Shown: positions 26,992 through 37,952, counted from the first letter of the stretch. The stretch: DNA of 64,000 nt from an uncultured Actinomycetes bacterium (GCA_963841735.1 CAWJDT010000001.1:1600001-1664000), one strand, 5' to 3'. Notes: a model not told the origin generated them from the letters alone. Numbers and translations: made by a program.

Positions 26992-27067
26992 CGCCCGCGG
27001 CGCCGTGGGTGGTCGCCACCGGTGCTGTCATCGCCGCCGCGGTCGGGGCCACGCCACGCGTCCTCTA

Positions 27068-27580
27068 CTACAGCCCGCGCAGTTGCTCCACGATGGCCTC
27101 CCCGTGCTCGGCCACGTAGGCGTTGCCGGGTGCGTGCCCGCATTTGCGGCACTTGATGTCATAGGCAGAATTGAGGGTGTCGCATGCGGCACAGGAGTAG
27201 TGCTCCTTGGCTTCCTCCAGCCAGGCTTCCGCCCCAACCTCCGCGATGCGCGCCAAGTTCTCGTATATCTCGATGCGGTGGGGCCTCTCTTGCCTGAACT
27301 CGTCCAGCGCCGAGCAAGGGTATTGCTCGCACTCCACACAGAACGCGTGGCCGCGCAGCTGCACGCACGAGTACAGGGTGCAGGCCTCGCAGTAGGGCGT
27401 GCGCTTCTCCGACCGGCAGCCGTCGCAGTGGGCTTGCTCGACAGTCCAGCCCATGCGGGACGCGAAGAGGGTCAGTCGGGCGGGGTCCTCGTGGCTGCCT
27501 ATGAAGATGCCGCAGGTGTCGCACGGCAGGCCGCAGACGGCCGCCGTCGCAGGGCCTTGGTTGCGTTCCGGGGTTGTCAC
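27068..27580 (-). CDS. DUF3795-like Cys-rich protein with C-terminal zinc ribbon
   Basis: CGLPCDTC, CDGCR, C..C.LY.C, FCVECEQYPC; GGAGG RBS before GTG 27580. Confidence 0.8.
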   Translation of the reverse strand: MTTPERNQGPATAAVCGLPCDTCGIFIGSHEDPARLTLFASRMGWTVEQAHCDGCRSEKRTPYCEACTLYSCVQLRGHAFCVECEQYPCSALDEFRQERPHRIEIYENLARIAEVGAEAWLEEAKEHYSCAACDTLNSAYDIKCRKCGHAPGNAYVAEHGEAIVEQLRGL

Positions 27581-27615
27581 GATATGTCCTCCTGTGGTGT
27601 GAATGCGAAGCCCGG

Positions 27616-28809
27616 TCAAGCCACCGTCTCGCGGAACACCCGGGCCAGATTGCGGTAGCAGACCTTCTCCACCTGCTCGGGCGTCAGACCCGCCTTGACC
27701 AGAAGCTCGGTGATGCGGGGGTAGCCGGCCACGCCGTCGAGGCCGGCCGGCAGGTTGTCGACTCCGTCGAGATCGCCGCCCAGACCAACGGAGTCTTCGC
27801 CGCCCACGTTGATGGCGTGGCGCACGTGTTCGGCAACGAGCTTCAGAGGCGGCCGGGGGACTACTGCCTCGGCAGAGCCTGCGGCGCCGCTGGGGCGCGC
27901 CGCCTCCTCGAAGGGGGTCCCGGCGGCCACCGCTCGCCAGAAGGCCTGGCTGGCAGGGAGGTCTCGCGCGTAGTACTCGGCTGAGAGAAAAGCCGGCACG
28001 AGGCATATGCCCACCACGCCACCGCGTTCGCCGACGGATCGGATCATGTCGTCGGTGAGATTGCGCGGGTTGGGGCAGAGCGATCGGCAGTTGCTGTGGC
28101 TGGCCACAAAGGGCCGGGTGGCTACCCGGCAGATGTCGACAAAGGCCTGGTCGGATGCGTGGGAGACGTCTACCAGCACATGCTTCTCCTCACAAGCGGT
28201 CACCAGAGCGACTCCCTCGCCGGTTAGACCGCCGCCTTGGCCGGAGGCCGAACCACAGAAGGCGTTGTCGCCCCAAGCCAGAGTGAGGAGGCGCACGCCG
28301 GCCCGGTAGAAAAGCTCTAGGTTATCGACGTCGCCCAGCAGGGGGTCGGCGCTTTCTAGGCCGGCGATGACGGCGGTGCGCGGGTGGGTGCCCTTCACCC
28401 CGGGCGGCGCGTCCGGCACCGCGCCTGCGATCGGGGCCGCGCAGGCGTCGGCTATCTCCGTGCCGGTCAGCGCTAGGAACAAGTCGTCCGCATAGTCGAC
28501 GCACAGCCGGCGCACGGCGTCTACCTTACCCAGGCCCACTTCCATTTCGCGGCCCGGATACGCCGTGCTCCACACCCAACTGGCGAACACCTGGGCCCGT
28601 ACTCCCGCGGTTTGCAGCCCTGGTAGCGTGACATGCAGCGTGGAGTCCGGGGTGCTCGGCGTGGCTCCGGGCGAAGCGCCGTCCCGTGGCCCGCCGGCGG
28701 CGCCGCGCCGGGCGGCCGCTCCGTCGTCGGCGATAGCTCCCGTGACGAAGTCGGCCTTGCCCTCCCAGATCTTGCCTATGGTGTCGCAGTGAGCGTCGAA
28801 GAAGCGCAT
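27616..28809 (-). CDS. Membrane dipeptidase family (M19) metallopeptidase
   Basis: DAHCDT, GLES, VDVSH, ASHSN, RNLTD, LGGDLDG. Confidence 0.88.
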   Translation of the reverse strand: MRFFDAHCDTIGKIWEGKADFVTGAIADDGAAARRGAAGGPRDGASPGATPSTPDSTLHVTLPGLQTAGVRAQVFASWVWSTAYPGREMEVGLGKVDAVRRLCVDYADDLFLALTGTEIADACAAPIAGAVPDAPPGVKGTHPRTAVIAGLESADPLLGDVDNLELFYRAGVRLLTLAWGDNAFCGSASGQGGGLTGEGVALVTACEEKHVLVDVSHASDQAFVDICRVATRPFVASHSNCRSLCPNPRNLTDDMIRSVGERGGVVGICLVPAFLSAEYYARDLPASQAFWRAVAAGTPFEEAARPSGAAGSAEAVVPRPPLKLVAEHVRHAINVGGEDSVGLGGDLDGVDNLPAGLDGVAGYPRITELLVKAGLTPEQVEKVCYRNLARVFRETVA

Positions 28810-28897
28810 GACGGGTATGTCTCCGCCGGTGTCCCGGCCGTCTGGTGAAGCGGCCTGTTTTGCGCCCGAGTCTACCACCCGTCCTCTCCGGGAGCGA

Positions 28898-29021
28898 GGC
28901 ACCGAGTCGGCGGCCATTCGGCACCGACTCGGCGGCCATTCGGCCCCGACTCGGCTCCAAGCGCGGCACCAACTCCGGCACCAACTCCGGCACCAATCCC
29001 GGCGCCAACTCGGCGCCAACC
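28898..29021. repeat. Intergenic tandem repeats (22-bp and 12-bp units)
   Basis: GGCACCGA(G/C)TCGGCGGCCATTC x2 plus partial; GGCACCAACTCC x2 plus three variants. Confidence 0.8.
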
Positions 29022-29077
29022 ATTGCGTCGGGCCGGTCGCCCCGCCCGGCGTCTAAGTACCGTTTCCGCACCCCTCC

Positions 29078-29285
29078 TGCTAAACTCGGCTCCATGGAGA
29101 GCAGAACAGGATTTCAGGCTTGTGGCGAAGTCGCCGGCGCGCTGCCGGTCACTGATGCTGCCCGCCTTGCTCTCGTTCTCGACCTCCTCCTGCTCCTCCC
29201 CGAATAGGGGAGAAACATTCGCGAAGCCGGCGCTATCCGGCACATCAGCAGCCATGATTTCGTAAGAGCCAGGAGGCAGAGAGCA
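29078..29285 (+). promoter_or_regulatory. Leucine attenuator (LEU-element-like) with leaderless uORF 29094-29207
   Basis: TGcTAAACT extended -10 ending 8 nt before ATG 29094; uORF ends LALVLDLLLLLPE; CCTCCTGCTC in the Leu codons is complementary to GAGC(C)AGGAGG at the leuA RBS. Confidence 0.75.
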
Positions 29286-31031
29286 TGTCCACGACCAAAG
29301 CATCCGGATCCGGCGCCAAGTCCGACGGAACCCGCGGCACCGGGCCTGCCGGCGTCGCACCTGAGCGCTGCGCCACCCCGGGCGCATCACCCGCCCCCTC
29401 CGTGGGCGCCGTCGCGGGCGCCTCGGCTGGCGCCGCATCCGAGCCCTGCGCCGGCTCGGCCCCCGTCAGCCCGCGCCGCAACGCCGGCGTTCCCGTGGTC
29501 TTCTTCGACACCACCCTGCGCGACGGCGAGCAGTCGCCCGGCAGCAGCATGAACGCTTCCGAGAAGTTGGAGATCGCCCACCAGCTCGTCCGCCTGGGTG
29601 TCGATGTCATCGAGGCCGGTTTCCCGGCCAGCAGCCCCGGCGATTTCGCCGCCGTGCAGACCATCGCCCGCGAGGTCAAGGGCGCCGTCATCTGCGGTCT
29701 GGCCCGCTGCACCGAGAACGACATCCGCCAGTGCTGGGACGCCATCAAGGACGCCGAGCGCCCCCGCATACACACCTTCGTCTCGACCTCCGACATCCAC
29801 CTGCAGCACCAGATGCGCATGAGCCGCCCCGAGGTGGTGGAGCTGACCAAGAAGATGGTCGCCTTCTGCGTCTCGCTGTGTCCCGACGTGGAGTTCTCGG
29901 CCATGGATGCCACTCGCTCCGACGTGGACTTCCTGGCCGAAGTGCTGGCTGCCGCCGTCGCCGCACGGGGCTACGACCATCAACGTGCCCGACACGGTGG
30001 GCTACTCCATGCCTACCGAGTACGCGGAGCTCATGGACCAGCTCTACGACAAGGTGCCGGGTCTCGACAAGGTGGTGCTGAGCGCCCACTGCCACAACGA
30101 CCTGGGCGTTGGCTGTGGCCAACACTCTGGCCGCAGTGGAGCATGGGGCCACGCAGGTGGAGGTGGCCATCAACGGCATCGGCGAGCGGGCCGGCAACGC
30201 AGCTCTGGAAGAGGTGGCCATGGCTCTGGTCACCCGCAAGGATATCCTCCAGCGGCCCGTGCAACATCGTGACCACCGAGATCTCCCGCGCCAGCCGTAT
30301 GGTCTCGAGTTTCACCGGCCATCTGATCCAGGCGAACAAGGCGATCGTGGGTAAGAATGCTTTCGCTCACGAATCGGGCATCCACCAGGACGGGGTGCTG
30401 AAGGAACGCACCACCTACGAGATCATGCATGCCCGTGACATCGGTCTGACCGACAGCGACATCGTGCTGGGCAAGCACTCGGGCCGGCATGCGCTGCGGT
30501 CGCACCTGGCCGAACTAGGCATCCATCTGGAGGGAGCCGAGCTGGACGAGGTCTTCCACCGGTTCAAGGCCACCGCCGACCGCAAGAAGGAAGTCACCAC
30601 CGCCGACCTCGAAGCCCTGGTGGGCGAAGAGATGCGCCAGCGCGAAGACGTCTACGCCCTGGAACACGTGTACGTGTCGACAGGCACCGACATCATCTCG
30701 TCCAGCCAGGTGGGCGTGAGCAAGCAGGGCAAGACAGCACGCCGGCAAGGCCTTCTCGGGCGGCTCGGTGGAGTCGATCTTCCTGGCCATCGACGACGCG
30801 GTGGGGGTGAAGGGCAAGCTCATCGACTACCAGGTGCGCGCTATCACCTCGGGCAAGGACTCGCTGGGCGAGGTGCGCGTGGTGGTGGAGGTGGACGGCA
30901 AGCGCTATGCCGGTCAGGCCGTCTCCATCGACGTGCTGGAGGCTTCGGCCAAGGCCTATGTGCGGGCCCTCAACAACGTAGACATGGGTCGGGAGGCCGG
31001 GGGAGCCCGCGGCGACCGGCTGTATCTGTAA
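29285..31031 (+). CDS. leuA: 2-isopropylmalate synthase; ~4 apparent frameshifts (~29966, ~30108, ~30258, ~30740)
   Basis: [51 protein letters not shown] and C-terminal regulatory domain spread over frames. Confidence 0.9.
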
Positions 31032-31045
31032 GACGGGGATAGGAC

Positions 31046-33898
31046 ATGGCGGACACGACCCGGGACTGGACCTTTCGCGGCTTGGCGGCGGCTCGAGCTG
31101 CCCGGCGGCGCCTGCCGCGTGGCCGACCTGGCCGCGCTGGCTCAAGCGACCGGGCGCGAGGTGGCCCGGCTGCCCTACTCCATCCGCGTACTGCTGGAGA
31201 ACGCACTGCGCCATTGCGGCCGGGGGTCGGTGCAGGAGAAGGACGTGCTGGCCCTGCTCGACTGGCAGCCGCGCGCCGCGGACGGTGCCACGGGTGGCGC
31301 GACCGGCGGCGCCGAGCTGGCCTTCATGCCCGGCCGGGTGCTGCTGCAGGACCTAACGGGGGTGCCCTGCGTGGTCGACCTGGCGGCCATGCGCTCGGCC
31401 GTCGCGCGGCGCGGGGGAGACCCAGCGACGGTAGACCCCAACGTGCCGGTGGACTTGGTTATCGATCACTCGCTGCAGGTGGACTACGCCGGCACGCCCG
31501 ACGCCTGCGAGCGCAACATGGAGCTGGAGATGCGCCGCAACGGCGAGCGCTACGGCCTGCTGCGCTGGGCCCAGGGCGAGTTCGCCAACCTGCGCATCGT
31601 GCCGCCGGGCACGGGTATCTGTCATCAGGTGAACCTGGAGTACCTGGCCGAGGTGGTGCGGCGCGACGCGGCGCGCCGGGCGGCGGCACGGCGGCGGTCG
31701 CGGCGGCTGCGACCGGCGAAGCCCCGTGGGCCTATCCCGACACCGTGATCGGCACCGACTCACACACCACCATGATCAACGGCTTGGGTGTGCTGGGCTG
31801 GGGGGTGGGCGGCATCGAGGCCGAGGCGGTCATGCTGGGCCAGCCCTACTTCATGCTGGTGCCGCAGGTGGTGGGGGTCGCGCCTCGTCGGGCCGTCTGG
31901 CGCCGCGGGCGACCGCTACCGACGTGGCGCTCACTCTCACCGAACTGCTGCGCGGCGTGGGAGTGGTGGGCCGTTTTGTGGAGTACTTCGGCCCCGGCGC
32001 CGAGGGCCTCACGCGTGGCCGACCGGGCCACGCCTGGCCAACATGGCCCCGGAGTACGGCGCCACCTGCGGTTTCTTCCCCGTGGACGGCGAGACCGTGA
32101 AATACCTGCGCCAGACCGGGCGTCCCGAAGAGCTCTGTGCTCGGGTGGAAGCCTACTGTCGCTCGCAAGGGATGTTCAGAGAGCCTGGTTCCCCCGATCC
32201 GGAGTACTCACAGGTGGTGGAGCTCGATCTGGCCGAGGTGCGGCCCAGTCTGGCCGGTCCGCGGCGGCCCCAAGACAGGGTGCCGTTGGAAGACATGTCC
32301 AGGAGATTCCACCAGGACTTGCCCACGCTATCCAAAGGCCGGGAGTACGAAGCCAAGGCTAAGGTGGAGCTTGAGGGCAGGCGGGAGGTCGTCCGCGACG
32401 GCGACGTGGTGATAGCGTCCATCACCAGCTGCACCAACACCTCCAACCCGGCGCTGATGCTGGCGGCCGGGCTGCTGGCCCGCAAAGCGGTGGAGCTGGG
32501 GCTGGCGCCCAAACCGTGGGTGCGCACGAGCATGGCTCCGGGCTCGCGGGCGGTGACGGGCTATCTGGCCGAGGCGGGGCTGCTGGAGCCGCTGGAGAAG
32601 CTGGGGTTCGGCAATGTGGGCTACGGCTGCGCCACCTGCATCGGCAACAGCGGTCCCTTGCCGGCCGACCTGGAGCGGGCCATCAAGGACGAGGGCCTGG
32701 TGGTGGCGGCGGTGCTGAGCGGCAACCGCAACTTCGAGGCGCGCATCCACGCGGCGGTGCGGGCCAACTACCTGGCCTCGCCGGCTCTGGTGGTGGCGTA
32801 CGCGCTGGCGGGGACCGTGGATATCGATCTGAGCTGCGAGCCACTGGGCACGCGGAGCGACGGGCGGCCGGTGTATCTGAGCGACCTGTGGCCTTCGGCG
32901 GACGAGGTGGCGGCGCTGGCGGCCGGGGCGCTGCGTCCGGAGTTGTTCCGGGCGGAGTACGAGCGGGCGCTGGTGGGCACTGAGGCTTGGCAGGAGTTGG
33001 CGGTGCCGGGCGGAGCGCTCTACGAGTGGGACGAGGCGTCCACCTACGTGCGCGAGGCGCCGTTCTTCGAGGGTGTGGCGCCGCAGCCGGTCGCTCCGGC
33101 CGACATCCAGGGGGCGCGGGTGCTGGCCGTGCTGGGAGATTCGGTGACCACCGACCACATCTCGCCGGCCGGATCGATCGGCGCCGACACTCCGGCTGGC
33201 CGCTATCTGCTGGAGCAAGGCGTGGCCAGGGAGGACTTCAACACCTACGGCAGCCGCCGCGGCAACCACGAGGTGCTGGTGCGGGGCACGTTCGCCAACG
33301 TGCGGCTGCGCAACCTCATGGCCGGGGGCCGGGAGGGCGGTTGGACGACGCACCAGCCCTCCGGTGAGGTGATGGCCATCTACGATGCGGCCGTGCGGTA
33401 CCGGGAGGCGGCCGCGGTTACGGTGCCGTGCGAGACGGTGCAGCCGGCTCGGTGCCGCTGGTGGTGTTCGCCGGCAAGGAGTACGGCACAGGCAGCTCGC
33501 GCGACTGGGCGGCCAAGGGCGCGGCGCTGCTGGGCGTGCGGGCGGTGATCGCCGAGAGCTTCGAACGCATCCACCGCGGCAATCTGGTGGGCATGGGCGT
33601 GCTGCCGTTGGAGTTGCCGACCGGGGTGACGGTGGCGAGCCTCGCGCTCGACGGCTCGGAAACTGTGGACGTGGAGGGGATCGCGGCCGGTCTGACGCCC
33701 GGGGCGACGGTGACGGTGCGCATAGGGCGAGCGGCCCCGGCTGGCGACGCGGACCTGACCCACGGTGCCGCGCCGCGCGAATTGGTGCTCACCTGCAGGG
33801 CTCGCATCGATTCCACGCTCGACGCTGAGTACTTCCGGCACGGGGGCGTGCTGCCCTGCGTGTTACGGCTGAAGCTGGGGGAGGCCGAAAGGGCCTAG
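31046..33898 (+). CDS. acnA: Aconitate hydratase AcnA; several apparent frameshifts
   Basis: [73 protein letters not shown] across frames. Confidence 0.9.
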
Positions 33899-34039
33899 CG
33901 GACTTCGCGGAGCTGTCTGGTGAGTGCGTTCAAATCCAGTATCCCCCACGGCGAAGACCACCCTGGCCCCGACGATCATCAGCCAGCGGGGCTCTCTTCG
34001 TCGAAAGGCATGCTGGCCTATCTCCCCGCCGTTCGGCTC

Positions 34040-34861
34040 CTACCCACGCAGGGGACCCTGTGTGAACTCTTCATCGAGGCGACGACCCATCGCTGCCGCG
34101 GCGGAGTGAAGCTTGTCCGCATAACGCTCGAGATGAGCATCGTCAAACCGCTCCGGTGGGACGTGTAGGCCGAGCGCGCCGACGAGGTTGCCCTTGGAGA
34201 AGATGGGCACCGCAACAGCCGCCCGGCCCTTTGAGCGCTCCTCGCACGAATATGCTATTCCCTCGGCGGCCGTTTTCGCGAGCAGCGCCTCGAGTGCCTT
34301 CGGGTCGGTCACAGTGTGCTCGGTGTAGCGCACCGCGGGTACGTCGAGAACACGCCTGCGAGTCTCCTCATCCGAATACGCCAGATGCACCCGGACTTGC
34401 GCGTTCCAGACCTCGGTGAGCGGCCGGGCTGAGTGGGCTGGGATCAGTTGGGCAAACCCACTGGAGGAGGGGATGACGTTGGTCATCAGCAATTGGTCCC
34501 CGGTGCGCAGGGCAAGAGACGCGCCTTCGCCGGTGATGTCTGCCAGTAGCCCTAGGTCGCGTTCAAGGATCTGGGCAAGGATGCTGTTGCCGCCGAGGGC
34601 GAACAGAGCCACGGCGAAGGTGGGGCCCACCCTGTACTGGCCGGTGTCGTCATCCTGGGCCAGATAGCCCTTGCTCTGCAGCGTCTTGACAAAGCGATAG
34701 ACCGTTGCCGGGTTGAGTCCGGTGCGACGGCCGAGTTCCGCAAGGCTGAGGCTGGGGTCTCTGGCGGTGAACTGGCTCAGGATGTCGAGTCCGCGCGAGA
34801 GCGCCTGCACGGGTGCCGGCCCGTTCCCCGCCGCTCTGGGTCTGGTGGCTTTTGCAGTCAC
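34040..34861 (-). CDS. IclR family transcriptional regulator
   Basis: VQALSRGLDIL..LAELGRRTGLNPATVYR HTH; YTEHT, AVAVPI effector domain. Confidence 0.88.
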   Translation of the reverse strand: MTAKATRPRAAGNGPAPVQALSRGLDILSQFTARDPSLSLAELGRRTGLNPATVYRFVKTLQSKGYLAQDDDTGQYRVGPTFAVALFALGGNSILAQILERDLGLLADITGEGASLALRTGDQLLMTNVIPSSSGFAQLIPAHSARPLTEVWNAQVRVHLAYSDEETRRRVLDVPAVRYTEHTVTDPKALEALLAKTAAEGIAYSCEERSKGRAAVAVPIFSKGNLVGALGLHVPPERFDDAHLERYADKLHSAAAAMGRRLDEEFTQGPLRG

Positions 34862-34933
34862 TTGGCGCTCCCGCTCGTGGGTTCTCCCTACCGACAACAC
34901 ACCATACCTTACTCCGGTTGACCCAGGTAGGCC

Positions 34934-34972
34934 ATGCTGCTAAGGTTGCAGCATACGCAAGCGACCCTTGCG
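34934..34972. promoter_or_regulatory. Two adjacent palindromes between divergent IclR and hydrolase genes (candidate operators)
   Basis: ATGCTGC-N7-GCAGCAT and CGCAAG-N5-CTTGCG. Confidence 0.4.
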
Positions 34973-35013
34973 CATAGTGCAATACAACGGCGATATTGGG
35001 ATGGAGAGGTGGC

Positions 35014-36198
35014 ATGAGCAAAAGCAGATTGTGGACTGCGTTCTTGACCGTCGCATTGGTGCTGGCCTTGGTCGTGGCCGCCGCTGCCTTGGCAGCGTGT
35101 GGCGGCGGAGAGGCCACGCAGGAAGTGACTTCTACGACGGTCTCGCCCGCGGCGGCCGAAACCACGACAACCGAGACGGCCGAGGTCATCACGGAACTAG
35201 CATTCAATACTGAAGTAGTGGGTGATTCCATAGGTGTCCTTGGCTTGGGCGCGGGGCCCAAGTTCTGGCCCGACAGGAATGGGACGGCTTTTGTGCTGTT
35301 CGCGGACGGCGCTCAATACATGATCGACTGTGGGCCGGGTACTCCACAGGCCCTATACGATCTTGGCCAGGGCTTTTCAAAACTGCAGAACGTATTCCTT
35401 ACCCACCTACACTTCGACCACACCGTCGGGTACGCGGACCTGCTGGCTCGGGGGTATCAGACTAGGGATCCGAACCCGGCCGGGGCCGCGAGCCCCCTCG
35501 TGAAACTGACCGTCTGGGGCCCTCCGGGGACTCAGGCCCTCAGCGACGGCTTCATGGCAGGCCTGGGCGTAGGTTTCGACCTGCATAACTGGCAGCGGAA
35601 AGAGGGCAGCCCGTGGCTGGAGCCCACCACCAATGAGATCAACCTGCCCGAAACCGGCATCGCGCTGGTGTATGAGGACAGGCACGTGAAGGTCACCGCG
35701 ACTCGCGTGGACCACGACGTCGACGTTGCCGACGCATACGCCTATCGCTTCGATATCCTGGCCGGTCCTTCGGCGGGCAAGTCCGTCGTGTTTTCGGGCG
35801 ACAGGGCCGAAAACAACGTGAACCGTGACGAGGCCACCAACGCGCAGTTCCGCGCGCAGTTCAGGGAGCTGGCCCAGGGCGCAACGGTCTTGGTACACGA
35901 AGTGGGCGAGGCCGCGTGGGCCAGCCAGATCGCCGATCCGAACAGCGGCAACCCCGTCCAGGTGGCTCTCTACTATCATCTCGTCAACTCCCACACCGAC
36001 GTTAACGAGATCCCAGCTCTGGCGAAGGAGCTGAACGTAGGCACGGTGGTCCTGAACCACTACGGCAACATCGGCCTCGACTACACGCTTCAAGGGGCGC
36101 GAGACGTCATCTACCAGGACGTGATGAAGGCCAACGAGACGGCCGGCTACACGGGCACGATCATCGCTCCCATGGAAGGGCAAGTGATCCCCTTCTAA
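35014..36198 (+). CDS. Lipoprotein MBL-fold metallo-hydrolase (RNase Z/AtsA arylsulfatase-like)
   Basis: LAAC lipobox, Thr-rich linker, IDCG, THLHFDH, FSGD, VHE, SHT, LNH. Confidence 0.82.
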   Translation: MSKSRLWTAFLTVALVLALVVAAAALAACGGGEATQEVTSTTVSPAAAETTTTETAEVITELAFNTEVVGDSIGVLGLGAGPKFWPDRNGTAFVLFADGAQYMIDCGPGTPQALYDLGQGFSKLQNVFLTHLHFDHTVGYADLLARGYQTRDPNPAGAASPLVKLTVWGPPGTQALSDGFMAGLGVGFDLHNWQRKEGSPWLEPTTNEINLPETGIALVYEDRHVKVTATRVDHDVDVADAYAYRFDILAGPSAGKSVVFSGDRAENNVNRDEATNAQFRAQFRELAQGATVLVHEVGEAAWASQIADPNSGNPVQVALYYHLVNSHTDVNEIPALAKELNVGTVVLNHYGNIGLDYTLQGARDVIYQDVMKANETAGYTGTIIAPMEGQVIPF

Positions 36199-36300
36199 CC
36201 CACAAAGGCGTAGACGGCGAAGCGACGACGAGGGCCTCCGCTTGGATCTCCGGGCGGTGGCCCTCGCCACGAACCACGCGGCAGAGTCCGAGGTGCAGCG

Positions 36301-36471
36301 ATGAGGACCCTCGAGACAGACAACGCACGAGAAGCCGCTGCCGTCCTCAGGGAGCTTTGCAGGAAGCATGAGAGCCCACTGGACGTTGACCATTTCGACG
36401 CCGGGCGGCAGGTTCGACTGGCTTCTGTGAAAGAGTGGGAGCCGCGCGGGTGTTCGCCCGTTCCGCAATAA
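36301..36471 (+). CDS. Putative 56-aa small protein (below ORF-track cutoff)
   Basis: GAGGT RBS then MRTLETDNAREAAAVLRELCRKHESPLDVDHF...PVPQ-TAA. Confidence 0.35.
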   Translation: MRTLETDNAREAAAVLRELCRKHESPLDVDHFDAGRQVRLASVKEWEPRGCSPVPQ

Positions 36472-36801
36472 GGGTCATGGGTTCTGATCAAGAATCGCCT
36501 CTTGCTCCCCGAGAGTCCTGGCTCGAGCACTCACCGCTGTCCAACGCCGGTATACAATGAAAAGCGCTCGCACAATGATCACAAGAGCAGTGAGATGAGA
36601 ATCTCCACCAACCATCGTCCAGCGTCGAGGTGGCTGTGGATAGGACCGAGTTCATCTGTCGGGGACGGAGCCGGCCTTTGCGGCGGAATCGTGGCGACGC
36701 CTCAGGTGGCGCCAGCCGCCTACGTCGGAAGAGTTGACGGAATGGCTCTTCTGCCCGCATTACGGCGTTCTAGCCAGCAGCGGCTACCGGCGGCATCTTG
36801 A

Positions 36802-37884
36802 GTGGCAAGCGGCGTGGACAAATCCCCCTCCAAGCTGAGCAGATACGTGCGCGTGCACTGGCTCACTTGGCTGGCCTACGGGATCTCGATCGCCGGGCTT
36901 GGCTATGTGATCTGGAACCTGCGTCTGCCCCAGCTCAAGGCCGACCTGGCGACGGCAACCTGGTGGCTCGTCTTGGTGGCGGTTCTCCTTGATGTCTCAC
37001 CCCGCTTGCTGGAGGCGGTGCGCTGGAAGTATCTGCTAAGGCTTGTGGTTGTCGGCTACCGCTTTGTTCTGCAAGCCATCTACGTGGGGACGCTCTACAG
37101 CGCTATCCTGCCGCTTTCGAGCGGGGAGTTTGTGCGAGGTGTGATGGTCTCGTCGCGCGCTCGGACGTCGTTCGCCTCCGTGCTCTCGACACAGGTAGTC
37201 GAGCGTATCTGCGACTCGATGGCACTGATCCTGTTGGTTTGGGTCACGGTCGGGGGACTGGCTTTGCCTCTGTCAATGCAGATCGCCATGGGAGGTCTCG
37301 AATCACTCATCGTACTGGCCCTGGGCGTTGGTTTCATCATCTACCTGCGGAGGAAGGGCTTCCACGCTCGGCTCGAATCCTCGCAACCGTCGGGCAGAGC
37401 GGGCCGCTGGTTCAAGTCGGTGGTGCTTGGAATGCGGGCCAGCGCAATTCGAATCACACCCCGCGGCCTGTTTGTTGCCGTCTTCACGGCCATCGGCATA
37501 GTCGCCCTTCGCGCAGGCGTCCTGTGGTTGCTCCTGGCCGCATACCACATCGACCTTTCTTACCTGCAGGCGGCTGGGCTCTTCGCCCTTATCAGTGTGG
37601 GCTCATTCCTGCCCAGCGCCCCCGGCAAAGTGGGGTCGTGGCAGTTCTTCTGCGCCCTCGGACTGACGTTGTTCGGCGTTGCGGAGCCCGAGGCAGCGGG
37701 CTTTAGCTTGGTCGCGTACGTCTTCTGGACTCTGCCCCCCATGCTCATAGGCTTGGGGGCGTTGGCCGCATCGCCTTTCTCTTGGTCGGAGCTGCGTCCA
37801 AGGCACAAGATGACACTGCTGGAGACGGACCAGCCAACAAGCCAGCAGGACGACGCGGAGGTTCGTGCAGAACGCCTAGGGTGA
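36802..37884 (+). CDS. Lysylphosphatidylglycerol synthase TM/flippase-like (UPF0104) protein
   Basis: AVRWKYLL, LPLSSGEFVR, VERICD, PSAPGKVG. Confidence 0.82.
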   Translation: MASGVDKSPSKLSRYVRVHWLTWLAYGISIAGLGYVIWNLRLPQLKADLATATWWLVLVAVLLDVSPRLLEAVRWKYLLRLVVVGYRFVLQAIYVGTLYSAILPLSSGEFVRGVMVSSRARTSFASVLSTQVVERICDSMALILLVWVTVGGLALPLSMQIAMGGLESLIVLALGVGFIIYLRRKGFHARLESSQPSGRAGRWFKSVVLGMRASAIRITPRGLFVAVFTAIGIVALRAGVLWLLLAAYHIDLSYLQAAGLFALISVGSFLPSAPGKVGSWQFFCALGLTLFGVAEPEAAGFSLVAYVFWTLPPMLIGLGALAASPFSWSELRPRHKMTLLETDQPTSQQDDAEVRAERLG

Positions 37885-37952
37885 CGGGTAGCGGCGGCCT
37901 CGTGTCCCTCGCTTCTCGCCTCGCTTCGCCAGAGGACCGTTTGTCCTCTACC

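Noticed and set aside
28898-29021. CRISPR array
   Set aside because: Units are contiguous with no unique spacers, too short, and no cas genes
29285-33898. Programmed frameshifting or true pseudogenes in leuA/acnA
   Set aside because: Too many scattered single-base indels without slippery sites or nonsense decay; sequencing error is more likely
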